This document shows, piece by piece, positions 46,378-64,000 of a stretch of 64,000 nt of DNA (its first letter is position 1; every line of letters begins with the position of its first letter). The notes below the pieces were generated by a model that worked only from the letters and a program-made list of their open reading frames with translations, was not told where the DNA came from and ran no database searches. The translations under genes and the position numbers were made by a program. The stretch is from Marsupella aquatica (Eukaryota; Plantae; Marchantiophyta): contig OZ316898.1 in assembly GCA_973895155.1 (NCBI GenBank), positions 16,351,420-16,415,419 on the forward strand, given 5' to 3'.

Positions 46378-48954
46378 CGTCACACATGTAGCCCAACTCA
46401 TGCTTCGAGAAAACTCCACCCCAAGATACTTGTAAGAGGTCACCATCTCCACCTTTTCACCTGCAAAATAGAGAGAAAGCTCTTGCTTTGTACCAAGTAC
46501 AAGGCACTTGGTCTTCCTCATGTTGACCTGCATGTCTGATTGTTTGCAAAAATGCTCTAGGGCTAGAAGATGTTGTTGCAAATCAGATTGGGAGTGAGCT
46601 AGAAGCACCACATCATCTGCAAATATAAGAAGTTGGATGGCCAATGTTCCCAACTGAGAACCTACGCCTCCCATCTCCTCTAGCAAATCATGTAGTTGGT
46701 CAATGAAGACCCCAAAGAGCGTTGGAGGTAGTGGGCAGCCTTGGATCACACCAAGTGTGCTAGGAACCTCCTCATAGCTACTACCAGAGAATCTAATCAT
46801 TACCTTTTGATACAATTGTGCAATAGCTATTCTCATCTCAAGAGGAACTTCGAGACTAATCAACCGCTTCCAAAGCTTGTGTCTACAAACCCTATCAAAT
46901 GCTTTGGAGAAGTCTACAAACAAGCAAAATAGAGGTAGCTTGAGTCTTTTAGCCCTCTCCTCTAACACTCTAAGGCAAAGCATGTGATCTAGAGTACTAA
47001 AACCTGCCCTAAAACCAGCTTGTGATGATGCTCTTTTCATGTGTTTTTCAACCCAAGAACTAAGTCTAGCTTCTAGTAGTCCTCCTAAAACTTTAGCAAA
47101 GATACTAGCTATCATGATAGTCCTATAGTTGCTCACCTCATTCTTAGAGCCTCCCTTGTGAATAGGTACCAATCTCCTTGTACTCCAATCTGGAGGTAAG
47201 CCACCTTGGACCACTTGATTCAAACATGCAGTGAGTGCTAATACCAAAGAAGATCCACCCCATTGCAAATTGTAGGAGCTCCACTGTGAACCCTTGCAAA
47301 TCTGCAGCCTTGCCCTTTTGCATTCTAGATAGTTGAGTTTGCACCTCTATATCTGAGAATTGAATAGCTTCCCCAATCTCCAAAGGCATGGAAGTAGCTT
47401 CGGGATAGAAGTAGAGAGACTTCACATAGCTTACCAATGTTTGTTGCTCCAAGCAAGTATCTTCTTTTTTCACCTGAAATCTCTTCCAAAAGCCTTTAGG
47501 ATTCTCTTGAAGTTATTGGGAAAGCACTTGTTGATGTTGCCTCATGAAGCATCTCTTCTTGTGCTTCACAAAGTTACTATACATTCTCAATGCAAGTAAC
47601 TTTACATCTTCAGGTTGTGCCATGGCCCTCCTTCTAGCTTCTACACACTCTGCATCAAACCATGCTTTCATGGTTTGTTTTGTGGACAATGATCTTTTAG
47701 AGAATACAGTAGTAGTTGCTTTTGCTATCAGTTGTGATAGTTCCAACACATTGGAATGTGTTGGTAGTAGGGCCTCAATCTCCCCTCTAAATCTCGGGGG
47801 GGTCACTTCCACAAATGTTGACATCATGTGCGAACGAAGTAAGGGGCGTTTTATTCATTTTAGGGAAGTACTTAGAAGTAGCGAGGAAGTAAGTAAGGGG
47901 GTAACAATTCAAAAAGTGCCACTTGTCATCACATGATTCATTGCTTGCCATGTGTCGATAAATGATTGATGGGTTTTTTGAGCTTCCTATTCCTTTTTGA
48001 GAGAGTGATTAAATAGGGGCGTTCGCACATGGTATACAACAATTTCATAAGGTGAACCCCCCGAGCTCTAAATACATCAGCCTTATCATGATCCAGAAAG
48101 AGTCTAGAAATATGTCTTTTCCTTGTTATCCCCTCTCTAAAACTTGTGGCCAAATCTAGATGAAATAACAAGGGTAGATGTGAAGACTCTGGTTGTTGAT
48201 CAAGTATTCTAAAATCAATCACTCTACTAGCTGAAGATGGTGATGCTAGGAGATAATCAATGGTGCTACATCCTTGGCTTGATCTAAATGTATAACCTGA
48301 TGAATGAGGAAATCTTTCAAGCCCATTCAATATTCTCAGATTACAAGAAGCTCCTAATTGCAGAAAATGGGGTGTCATATCATTTACCCTAGTATCTATA
48401 GCTTTTCTCAACCAAGATGAGTCTTTATTACATGATATCCAAGGCAATGCCCCCAAATCTCCACTATCAATGAATTGTTGGTGAGACACTCTAGCATTAA
48501 AGTCTCCCACTATCCATGTCTCTCCTAGTACTGATACATCATGTATAACTTGAATCAAGTTATGGAATGGATATTGTGCATTAGCAGTTCCCATCTTGTA
48601 CACATTCATGCTAAGTGGGGCAAAATAGGTGGCAATTAGAAATGATGGAATACCTCTAGTATGTAGTCTCACCACCATGAATTGCTTGCTTGGATTTTCA
48701 TGCTCAATAGATGTCATGTGTTGAAGATGATTCTTGGTGTAGACTGCAATACCTCCGAACCCTCTTCCCCTTGTGGTGTTCTTTTTATTGAAGAGAGATC
48801 CAATGCAAGTAAAATCCTTGATGCTAGGTAGATCATTCTCCTCATATTGCCAAGTCTCCAGGAAGAGCAGGATGTCAGCATTCTCAAACAAGGGTTCTCC
48901 TCCTATTGCTGATTCTATGGAAAGTCCTGAAATATTCCATGCCATGACTCTCAA
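46378..48954 (-). pseudogene. LINE ORF2 N-terminal part: APE endonuclease plus RT, frameshifted
   Basis: MAWNI.GL, FLETW, VGDFNAR, STIDY, SSHLP; QAGFR, QGCPL, FADD. Confidence 0.92.
47793..48065. mobile_element. 273-bp MITE with ~45-bp imperfect TIRs and 8-bp TSD
   Basis: CTCGGGGGG..CATGTGCGAACG / CGTTCGCACATG..CCCCCCGAG; TSD CTCTAAAT at 47785-47792 and 48066-48073. Removal restores LINE ORF2 (ADVFR-GEIEA). Confidence 0.9.
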
Positions 48955-48966
48955 GGTCCCAACCCA

Positions 48967-49683
48967 TCATTTAGAGGCATCTCTCTTCCTTTGGGTCACA
49001 AAAGCTTGCCCATTGCGCAGATATGCTACCAATCCTTGATCCTTGGCTGCCCTCACCTTGTCAAACTCAATCTTCCTTGCTTGCACTTGGGTGGGAGTCA
49101 GATCATCATCCAACCAAATCCTTTGACCCTTGAGCTCTAACTTTCTCAGATTCCATGCCAAACTTGACCAAGATTGGACGTGGAAGATCACCCTTCTTTT
49201 GTCCAATCCTGTATGCCTACAAAATGGTAGGTTCATGCACTTTCAAGTGAGATTGAAAGAAGGAAGTGACTACCTCTTTGGTGTTCTCCTTTTCCACCTC
49301 CACCACCCCTGATATCTTGCAATTATTCACTCTTGCATGTTGGTTCTTCTGTTCCTCCTCCAGTAATATTCTCTCATCTTCCTTGGTTTGGATAAACTCC
49401 ATGTGTGGTTGTTTGGTTGCTTCAACATATGTCTTCAGCTAGACTCCATCAAGTCCACGGTGTTGTTCTCTTTTAACCTCTCACTCATCCCAACTGTATG
49501 TTCAGCAATCACCCTAGTGACCTTGATAGAGTCACCCAACTTAATCCTCAACTCATGAATCTCTTTCCTTTGCTCCTCCACTACTCTCACAAGAGTAGCC
49601 AATTGGGCTTTTTGGTCAGCCATCTCCTTTGTAAGCCCTTTCAACAAGGACATCACATCCTCCAAACCCACTTGGTCCCCCAT
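48967..49683 (-). pseudogene. LINE ORF1 (coiled coil plus RRM-like), frameshifted
   Basis: Heptad region, then R.NNCKISGV.E..IWLDDDLTP, directly upstream of ORF2. Confidence 0.8.
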
Positions 49684-52600
49684 GAGGTCCTCCTTTCCAG
49701 TTCCAAAGCAATCTCCAAAGATGTGTATACTGGTGCAAGCTCTAATTTTTCCAAGCCCTAATTTGTCAAATCCCTAATGTTTTAAATCGGACCAAGAGCA
49801 AAGACAAACTCTAGCTATTTTGTGAAGGATCAACACTTTTCACAACATCTATAATCAAAGTTTCTAGAAGCTTGGGAGCATGAATCTAGCACAACTTAAC
49901 CATAAAGCTCCCAAGAAACTCAAATCCTTAAAATTATGAATTTTTAGTTTCAAATCCCTAAAAATCTGCAATGGTGGCTTCACAAAAACAGTAAATAGCT
50001 CACAAGCAGTGTCAAACTTTGGAGCTATTTTCAAATAGGAAGATAGTAGACCTCAAGGCGCTCCTAATGAGCCCAAGAATGTCCCTAGAGTTGTCTCACA
50101 GCCCGAGCAATCAAAGTCGCAAATTCGCGGAAGTGCGGATTCGAAGCAAACCCTAAAATGCGAAACTCAATCTACCATAACTGTCTCAATTTTGAACCAT
50201 TTTGAACGTTTTTTAGGTCTATTTGGGGCGCCTTGAAGAGCTCTTTCCAATGCAATTGAAAGAAATGGATTTGGGGAAATGGTTGAAGAGATAGAACCCA
50301 ATTTAGAGGCGCAGCTAGCTCCAACTAGGTCCAATTCGATGGGAATGATTTGGTCTTTGTATGTTGTCCCTTGGGGCACCTGCCAAGGGTTTGACCTGCT
50401 GGCTATGGGAAGGTGTTTCAGGTACCCCTGGTTCACAAGAGTTCAGCATCTCAAAGGTTCACTTGAGTACTGAGGCAATTTTCTCATGACTTGCCAAATC
50501 CTGTGAAATAGAGGACAATGTAGTTGCAGGAACATTTGAGCAAGGGAGTATTGCGTTAAGGCATAAGATGGTGTCCAAGTTTGACACATGTGCAAAATGG
50601 ATGAAGACTTGCAAAGGGAAACTAGCACAACGGAAAAGCTTAGTTGTGGCACACATCACACAAAAAAACAGCTTTCTGCAAAGCTTGCATAGTGCTCAAG
50701 AAGAAGGAGTTTTTCAAACAGAGCTGGTTCTTTCAAAGAAACTTGAGAAAAGTGGCAACACTGGTCAAGACACAATTTGTGCCGTCATTTCCTGGACAAG
50801 GCTTTTTCCACATCTTATAATCTTTGTGCTGATGTCAACCAAGCAGTCTACAAAAATTTCAAGAGAAGTAGTTGACCAAATATTGTCCTTGAGAATGTCA
50901 TATTTATCGCACAAGTTAAGCACGAAGAGTATTACACATTTGACAGAGTTAGCTGAGCTCTGGGAATATGGCCCTTATCATCACTGCCACATGTGGAGAA
51001 GAATTTTGATTTCATTACTCTCAAGTATTAATATTAGTTTTTATGTTGTAAGCGAGGGATTGCTTTGAGATCTGTGAATTGCTTTGCTCCTACTTCAAGT
51101 CCCAATCCTTCAATTTCTCAAGTCATAGCAAATGAATAAAATAAGATGGGTGCATGAACCTGCTCTCAATTGAGCTACAGTGCATTGCTCAAATAGTGCT
51201 TCACAGTCATGGTCATATCATGCAAAGTAGCACTTTCATTGAAAATGTTCATTCGACTTCCGAAGTTAAAGCCCGGATGGACTTGCACGTTGTTCATGAA
51301 GCTCTCATGGATAAACCAAACTTGCATGGACTAAATCAAAACATAAAAGTGTGTTTGGACATTGCTATTTACATTTCTGTCCATAAAGTAGAGTGTTAGT
51401 AACCAAATCGTCACTTCTATCCATAAATTTTCTCTGTCACTAACTCTGTCACCACTTTTGTCCTACAAATATGTCAGTGGCCATAGCACTTTTTATTGAG
51501 ATCTTCACTGCTTTTTCCCAATACAAGACCTCCACATAATCACTCTACCTATTTTTTAAGAGTTTAATAAAAAAGATAACATCTAAAGTACATTTAATTT
51601 AGTTCTTATATAAAGACCTTATAAAATTTTATCTATTCAAAGTAGATGAAACTTTGAATAGATTGGGGTAATTGTCATGTGCGAGCAGACAGTAAATTTT
51701 TTCCTCGCACGAGCAAAAACAATTCTTACATGACCCCTATTTTTTTACATGCAATTGAATAGCTATCAACTACCTGGTTGGTAACATCCCTTTTGGGGAC
51801 TCCCTTTTTGCTAGTGAGCTCGCTAATCATCTGGAGTCTTTAAAAAAACCAAAAAATATATATAAAAGGCACCAAAAAGCAACTGAAATTTTGAACCATT
51901 ATTGTCTCGCTATCAAAATCTCCTCGCTATCAAAATCTCCTATTTGCTCGCAACATAGAATACCTCAATAGATTGAGTGCTTCACATATTATTCATACCG
52001 CCTTAAGTAGTTTGCCCAATGGTAAAAACCAAATGAACTTAATTTACTCAAAAATATTTTTTAATATTCATAAGCCCTGCAAAGGAAGGAGGGGGGGGAA
52101 GCAAGTAACACAATGACTCATGAGCCAAGGAGGCAATTCACACCAAGGAGGCCAGGTGGCACCCAGATAAGCTCAATTGTTACAAATATATTATAATTTT
52201 TCTACACATTTTCTTGAGATTCTAGAGCATCGATACTTTGCGGAATGATTAAACAACTTCTAGAAATGTTGTTGGAAAATCTTTTAATAGAGCATTGCTT
52301 GTTATCATAAATGTAGTCATTTTTCCCTCGGGGGCCCATATCATGGCTGGAGGTTACAAGTAATAAAACCCTCAAATTTAAGAAAAAAAGTTGATTTTTA
52401 CTATATTTTCTACCCCTAATTTTATAGAATATTCTCATTTATAATTCTTAAAAACTGGATTAAGACACCAAACACCCCTATATTTATTTAACAAAATTGT
52501 AAAGTATTCCAACGCATTTGAATTAAAAAATCCATAACTCTTCTCACGCAATGTGTCAGGAAGAAAATAAATGAAGACCCGAGATTTTTCCATTGTAAAA

Positions 52601-52844
52601 CTAAAGGAAATTTTAATTTACATGAGTGTTGTTGTGAAAACCTGTTTGTCAAAGACATGCTCTTGCTATATAAAGTGTTTTGACTAATTTTATTGTTATA
52701 GAGCTATTTAAGAGTTTACTTTTGGAAAGAATTATTGATGAATCATATTTTTTAGAGAACAATGATGTCAAAAAGAACATTTTTTTGTTGCATAATTATC
52801 AAAAATCATGTTATTCATATATGGCTGATCTTGTTAGATGGAGC

Positions 52845-53006
52845 GCTTCAAGTACTTTGGCACTACGGAAACTACAGGAAATGTTAAATGCACATCTTCA
52901 CTCTCTATTCCATATACATTCTTAAGCTTCAAGTACTTTGCCACTATGGAAAGTACAGGAAATGTTAACTGCACATCTTCATTCTCTATTCCATATACAT
53001 TCTTAA
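52845..53006. repeat. Tandem duplication, 2 x 81 bp
   Basis: GCTTCAAGTACTTTG.. at 52845 and 52926. Confidence 0.9.
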
Positions 53007-53121
53007 TTTCAATTTTTGGTGTTTTGTTCTTACCGTGACAGAATTTGGTGCACATTATGTTCTTCCGGTGACAAATATGTAGATGGACAATTAATAACAG
53101 AATTGATCATCCATTTGCTAT

Positions 53122-53164
53122 TAAACCCTAAACCCCTGTCACAGTCCATGGGGTTTAGGGTTTA
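53122..53164. repeat. 15-bp perfect inverted repeat built of telomeric motifs
   Basis: TAAACCCTAAACCCC-13 nt-GGGGTTTAGGGTTTA. Confidence 0.85.
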
Positions 53165-53172
53165 GGATGCAG

Positions 53173-53370
53173 ACAACCTAGCAGTCCATCTAGGACTTAG
53201 TTACTCAACTTTCAGCAAAAAGTTAATTGTTATCTTATGTCTCCATTAGTATTATTGTTAGCGTCATTAGAACAACCTAGCAGTCCATCTGGGCTTTAGT
53301 TACTCAACTTCCAGCAAAAAGTTTATTATTTTCTTATGTCTCTATTAGTATTATTGTGAGTGTTATCAGA
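53173..53370. repeat. Tandem duplication, 2 x ~99 bp
   Basis: ACAACCTAGCAGTCCATCT.. at 53173 and 53272. Confidence 0.9.
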
Positions 53371-54640
53371 ACGCCGATTCACTAACTTAGCATCACCTAA
53401 GAAACTAATATGGGGGTCTACTTACACGTACCGGTGAAAGCACATTCACGTGAGGATGACAACGGTATTAATTCTAGCTGAAGAAGAGCACACATCCAAG
53501 CACAAAAGCCCACATGTCTGTGCTTCCCTACGCACTGACCTGTACATCGTGAAAAACTTTGCCGTCGGACCAGTGTGGTACGCTGTCTTTGTCCAAAGCC
53601 ATGACAGTTTAGACCTGCAGTTCACCCCCTTCACCTGCCCGAGTTACACCATGAAATCACCCCATTGTTATGTTTTTCACTTTCACCTTTCAAGGAATTT
53701 GAACTTTTAAACCGCACAATCTCCAGCGCTCTTCACGCGGTACGAAGTCCTGAATTAAACCGCGTGTTTTTTCACCCACTACTGCTTACTTTTGTGTCCT
53801 CACCCGATGGGTGATGGGTGTGCCAGAACAGCCCTTATACTTTTGAGACAGGGTTCATTGAATTTAATTATGAAACTTTAACGCAATCCCGAAGCGACAA
53901 ATGCAAGCCAGAAGCCTGTAAAATTTAAGCCACAGCCACCCTGAAAAACTATTCAACTCGAGATCCAGAGGTTCGCGAAACAAGCTGAAAATGGCAGACA
54001 AAGGCAATTCCACGCTAAACCATCCGCATTGAAGAAGTTATGCCCGGGAAGATATCTAAAACAATCACGCTGCCATAATTTATCTCATAAAAACATTTTA
54101 TCACTGAAAAACAAATGTGACGTTTAGGTAGGTATACTTATAAACCGTACGAAATATATGAAATCAGACCAAAACTCTAAGATTAAATTATATTGGATAG
54201 AGGAAGACCAAAGCACAAACGTCTTTTGAGACAACCAAGAGATGCCCATTTCAGCACGAACAAGAAGTCCTCTTCATCAACCATCATACACCCGGCATAC
54301 TAAGTCCAGGCCGTCAGCCAATAGACGCAGGAATTTATTTGGTTTTCTCAAGCACTACTCGCCGGCTTTCAACGTAAATGGGGGCTTGGCCAGCCATCAT
54401 ACCACCACTAGCATAATAAGCAAGTAAACTCCAGAACTGGTGTGATGCTGAGTATGTGCACACCATATTATGATCACACATGCTGGCCACGTAAATTATA
54501 AAACGATCTCTTCAGGTAAAACCCTCTGAACAAGAAAAGTGGGCGGACCACCCTCATACTAAATACAATCAGGAGTGTGAACAAACGCAAACCCTGACTT
54601 CAAAGAAAGTTGACCTGGTTTGGAGACAACAGGCGTGCCC

Positions 54641-59206
<4,566 letters not shown>

Positions 59207-59549
59207 CGTCGTTCGTTAGTTTGAGTTCTCTTCAAGACAATTAGATCATTGCATTTGTCTGGACCGTAGTATCTTCAACGATTTCAATCAGTGACCTCTC
59301 CAAGTCACCTACTCCTGCGAACGTCCGACCTAACCAGTTCGAAAATTGATGATAACCAACGAGTTCGATCTTCACTCTCCAGTGCCTGGTGCATGTGTGA
59401 TCGAGAACACAAAGAGGAAAAGTGAGAGGAAAAAGGAGGGTACAGTTGGCCCCTCCTACTCCTACAGCAGATGCTGCTATTCATCGCCTGCCCATCTGCG
59501 GCAGATCCGCCATCTGTTCATGCTAGCAGCTACATGCCTCTAGCGTTAA

Positions 59550-59551
<2 letters not shown>

Positions 59552-59627
<76 letters not shown>
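59552..59627. repeat. Compound (CT)~31(CA)~7 microsatellite upstream of CPK
   Basis: Read directly; GA-repeat on the gene's sense strand, about 350 bp upstream of the ATG. Confidence 0.95.
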
Positions 59628-59628
<1 letters not shown>

Positions 59629-60318
59629 GCGCTCGCTCAGCGCACAACACTTTCTTCCTGTCGGCCGCTACGACGCTCCCGTACCGATGAACATAGCTCA
59701 CTATCTGCCAAGAGTCCACGACTTGCTGGCTGGCTTCCCCGCCAGCTCATATCATTCGCGTTCCCTCACTGTATTTCTGGCGCCACATCAAACTGAGGCA
59801 ACACTATATTTTCCTCGTTCAGCTCTACACCGAGACGGCCTTAACGTTACACACATCAACATCGTCCACAAACGAAGAGAAAGCAAACAATACTTCTTCG
59901 TTCCTTCGGTCTCTCTGCAACTTTCGTCTCCCCTCGTCTGCACCTTCGTACACCTTTGAGCAAACCAACCACTTCTGAATACAATTTCCAAATCGCCGAC
60001 CTGGTTACTCCCTACTGCTGCCGAATCGCCTCCACCCGCGAAACACCCGACTTTTTCGTGCTCAGCAGTGACTTCTTCTCCCGTCGTCGCCTTCGTTGTG
60101 CTGCTCCTGCGAGGTGGGTTGGCCTTGCTCTGCCAGCACGTCCTTCTCGAGGTCTCAAGCCGACCGTCGGTGCCTCGGTGATGCTCCTCCTCTCCACACC
60201 CTGTCGCTGTCGCCTCTGATCACTCTGCAATCGCTCTCCGAGAAAGTGATAATTCGAACCATTCCCTGCCCTCCACCGTTTCAGCCGGTTTACCCCATAC
60301 AGTTGTCTGACGCAAACC

Positions 60319-60420
60319 AGCCCTCGCTCCTGCTTTGTTTTTGACCTTGGAAGATGGTTTTCCAATCAAAGCCCTCGCTCCTGCTTTGTTTTTGACCTTG
60401 GAAGATAGTTTTCCAATCAA
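60319..60420. repeat. Tandem duplication, 2 x 51 bp
   Basis: AGCCCTCGCTCCTGCTTTG.. at 60319 and 60370. Confidence 0.9.
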
Positions 60421-60834
60421 AACACAGAGGAACGGCAAACCTCCCCACTCTGCCCTTTGCTCCGTCTGCTCTGGTCGGTCTCTCGTGTCTGACCGACTCT
60501 CTGACCGCCTGAAGACCGGCAGAACAGGGCACGGGCAGAGCTGGCCTCCAGAACGGCTGCGCTGGCAGGCCTTGCCTGGCGGGCTGACTGGCTATATCAG
60601 GGGTGGTTCGGCGATCCCGGTAACCACAGTGCCGATGCTGCGGTGACTTCGGTAAACTACGGTACATCAACCGGGCACTTTATGCAGATTGAACCGGTAA
60701 ACGCGGAACGTAAACGTTACGGTATGCCATATTGATTTTTCAGATTGACTGGTATTCTTGCGCCTTCACGATCGAGTACTACCCTCGGCTGGATCACTAC
60801 ATCCAGGCCGTCGGTCTGATAAAGATTCTGTCAA

Positions 60835-61370
60835 CTTCTTGACATCATTTCGATTTTGTGCATAGTGCCCATTTTTCTCACATTCATATCTTTATTTCAC
60901 CATGACATTTTTCTCATCTTTGACATTTTTTCTCACCTTGCTTGACATCTTTTTCTTGACTCGACATCTTATCTTTTGTTCATCTTGGCATCTTTAGCTC
61001 ACTACAATATCTTTCTGTCACCCTCAACTTCTCTCTATCCTTGACATATTTTCCTCGTCTTTACATCTTTTTCTCACCTTGCCATCTTTTCTCTCCTTGA
61101 CCTCTTTTCCTCACGTCCCCATCTCTTTCTCTCATTGACATTTTTTTTCACCTCAATATCTTTACCTCACCTCCTTATTTTTGCCTCTCCTTGACATCTC
61201 GCCCTTGCCTCAACACCTTTCTCTCACCTCCCTATCTTTTCCTCACTTGGACATCTTGTCCTCCCCTCAACATGTTTGTCTCGCCTCAGAATCTTGCCCT
61301 CTCCTTGACATCTTGCCCTCGCCTCAACATCTCTACCTCTCCTCGACATCTTGCTCTCATCTCCAAATCT
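60835..61370. repeat. Degenerate pyrimidine-rich minisatellite (~20-bp monomers, TTGACATCTT core)
   Basis: Recurrent (C)TTGACAT(C/T)TT and CTCAACA motifs with ~60-bp higher-order periodicity. Confidence 0.75.
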
Positions 61371-63162
61371 TCTGTGCAATGCACGGGCATCAGGCTAGTA
61401 GGATATATTAGACCCATGACAAAAAGGGGTTTGGTTACAATAAGCTAAACTGAAACGAGCAAGTATCTAATACAGTCACTTATGTCACCAATGGGAGTAT
61501 CTTGTTGGTAATGGATGAGAGAGTGCATTTAGACCAAGAAATCAAGGTGTCTTAATCTTGACTTAGGATTTTCTATAAAAAATAAGAAAACAATTTGATA
61601 TCAAAATGGGCTCTAAACTGGATTGCACTTGGCTGCCAACCCCAAGGCCGCCCCCCACCTCCCAGGCAACTTGCCTCTCCAACAAGGAGCGCTAGACTGT
61701 TGGGGACCAAATCCAGCAGTCTCCACCAAGGGCATCACTTCCTGGGGTCTCCTTGAAGTTGAGCAATACCTGCACAGCAACGCATGCAAGAACTCTAAAG
61801 GAAATGCATAATGGACATGCGACAACCAGCCCTATGCTACTTGCCTGAGTAACACACAATCCCTATCATTGGATCATTAGACTGTACAAAAAATCCAGAA
61901 AAGCCAAGGAAATTGAGATGAGGTAAGTCGGACGGCGGCATACCTTGTTGATGGAACGGGATGGAAAGTACGACTAAGTATGAAGTCAATACACGAGCTA
62001 TGAGGCCAATGCGCCTTGCTTCACATAGAACCTATAGTACAACACCCAGGACAATACCAAAGTAAGTGAGAAACCAAACTTGGCAATGTTTCAACAGGCC
62101 TTGAATTTCTGTTCAGGAAATGGAGGATTTCCTCCATTTGCTCAAAATGGAGGAAATATCATCATAGTTCCTCAAAAAGGAACTCAGCCCAGATTTCTGC
62201 TGTTGGCTCACTTCCATAAAACTTGATGCATTCCTAGTACAAAATAGCTCCACAGGAGCAAACCGCAAAAGCCTTCTACCATTTTCAGGCTCGGGTTCAG
62301 GCTACTACACTATGAGGGCTTGGAACACCCCCTCTTTGTGCACATGCCAACACACAACTTAAGGCACAATGTGACATAAACTAGCATGCCATCACAATTG
62401 GGGCCACTCTAAGGCATGGACAGATTCACCCAGGATGTGTGTTAAAAACCTCACAACCAAAATGGGTCATCCGACGAGTGAGATTAAGCTTTGCATTTTG
62501 ATCAAGAGCCGGGTCTAAGGAACACATATTGCACTCTTCATCCAATTCATGGATACATACATTAAGTCGGGCCTTGGATGCGTCAGGCACTCCATCAGTC
62601 TTGAGACAAAATACTTCATTGATGGGAAGACGATTAGGTCTTGGGACGCATTGGAGTGCCCTCGACAGACTACTACATCTAAAGGGGGCAACATCCCAAT
62701 AGTAGCAGAGGACCCCAAGACCTCTAAGGAGAAATTTATCTAGGACCATCAACCTGTACAGCCTGCGGACACGCTTGGTAAGAGTGTCCGCTGTTGGGGT
62801 TAGAGCATCCGCACCGGTTTTGCGGGCCAACCCTGCCAAAGGGAAATTTGTCGCGGCCCTTTGGAGGCCTGCATCCGGGCCTGCATCATGATATGGCCCA
62901 GGTGCGCAATAGGCATTGCACCCGTGCCTTGTAATCGATGCCTGAAAATTGTTAACTCGCGTTCAAACCCCAGCAACCCAGGTTTGAACTCCCTCCCTGA
63001 CGCAAGAGCTCGTCGCGGCTGTCACAACAATGGAAATATCTACGAGCAAGAACTGAGGCTTCCTCGCCAAAACTCCATAGCTGCACCCCTTCTAGCTTTT
63101 TGTGAGGGTAAAGAACTTTGTTTGATTTCATAGGATTTCTACCACATTGTTCCATCTTGAAG

Positions 63163-64000
63163 CATGGAGATTGAATTTGCGCTTGCAGATTGAAGATGAG
63201 CTTAATTCAATGGAGGAGGAGCAAGATTTCTGGAGAGGGCTACATTGGCTGGCCCCTTGTCTCTCCAAGGGCTCGGTACATTTGAGCAGAAACAACGCAA
63301 ACAAGCTGGGGGATCAGTGCCTGGGACGAGGCCCAATAAAGATCGGAAGAGAGAGCGAGGACATCAAGTAATTTGGGATGATTACTTTGCAGAGAATTGT
63401 ACGTATGACAACAAAGATTTTTTACGTAGGTTTAGGATGACGAGAAGATTGTTTCACAAAATTCACGTAGCAGTTTGTGCACATGATAGCTTCTTCCAAC
63501 AGAGGCGAGATGCTACAAACAAAATGGGGTTATCTGGTCTTCAAAAAATCATAGCTGCGCTTCGACAATTGGCTTTTGGCATTGGGGCGGATGCTACAGA
63601 CAAATATTGTAGACTTGGAGAGTCCACAGCTAGGAAGTCATTGTACAGATTTTGCCTAGCAATTCGACAATTGTATGAGGAAATACTTGAGGAAACCAGA
63701 CAAGAGTGACTTCCTGAGATTGTTGGCTGTGAATGAAAGCAGAGGGCTCCCAGGAATGTTTGCTTTGTTAGACTACATGCACTATGAGTGGAAAAATTGC
63801 CCTGTGGCTTGGCAAGGGCAATTCACAGACAAAGATGGGAACAAATCAATAGTCCTTGAGGCAATTGCAGATCAGGAGCTTTGGATTTGGCATGCCTTCT
63901 TTGGCTTGCCTGGCGATAACAATGACTTGAATGTCTTGGACAGATCTCCTCTGGTGAACGACATGTTGCACCAGCACTATGACCAACTGAACTACACCAT
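63163..64000 (+). pseudogene. PIF/Harbinger (Pong-like) DDE transposase, frameshifted, runs off the window
   Basis: DYF..F.RRFRM.R.LF, LS.LQK..AALRQLA.G, then after a frameshift at ~63681 YLRKP..RGLPGM..DYMHYEWKNCP.AWQG..LEAIAD..WIWHAFFG.PG.NNDLNVL..SP. Confidence 0.9.

Larger units (their letters stand above)
29854..50360 (-). mobile_element. Full-length RTE/RTE-X-like LINE family A (~5 kb), interrupted by the gypsy element and a MITE
   Basis: 5' UTR ~49690-50360; ORF1 48967-49683; ORF2 from 48954 (APE endonuclease, RT) continues across the CTATG TSD to 30009; 3' UTR and tail to 29854. Confidence 0.92.

Noticed and set aside
50367-51400. ORFs 50568-51068 and neighbours
   Set aside because: Fragmentary, with no family recognised.
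59471-59959. 162-aa ORF
   Set aside because: Driven by the CT/CA microsatellite and antisense to the CPK upstream region.
60835-61370. CRISPR-like array
   Set aside because: Eukaryotic context, degenerate repeats with no unique spacers, and no cas genes.
61613-62840. Possible KDZ/CxC transposase or Harbinger Myb partner relic on the minus strand
   Set aside because: Only weak motif echoes, in the wrong order and with many stops.

Overview
Eukaryotic land-plant genomic DNA: spliced genes, TTTAGGG repeats and plant TE families. A fern-like lineage is my guess, not proven. About 50 kb is a nest of retrotransposons. It is followed by one intact host gene (an 8-exon group III calcium-dependent protein kinase, minus strand, 54641-59206) and a broken PIF/Harbinger transposase. 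The standout is a young 15.5-kb Ty3/gypsy element (30890-46372, TSD CTATG) inserted into a full-length RTE/RTE-X-like LINE. Its two near-identical 4636-bp LTRs are each about 78% occupied by a 1199-codon ORF (Plant-Mobile-Domain-like motif plus long coiled coil). It also shows a candidate programmed -1 frameshift (G_GAU_UUU plus hairpin/pseudoknot) between protease and RT, and an exact second copy of its PPT near the element centre. Diverged homologs of the LTR protein occur in an older relative at 17-18.6 kb. Also present: an intact Bianca-type Ty1/copia with identical LTRs and a half-tRNA-Ile-type PBS, many self-nested LINE fragments with (TTTGAC)n tails, a MITE, and decayed relics resembling a beta-class N6/N4 DNA methyltransferase and an FCP1-like phosphatase.
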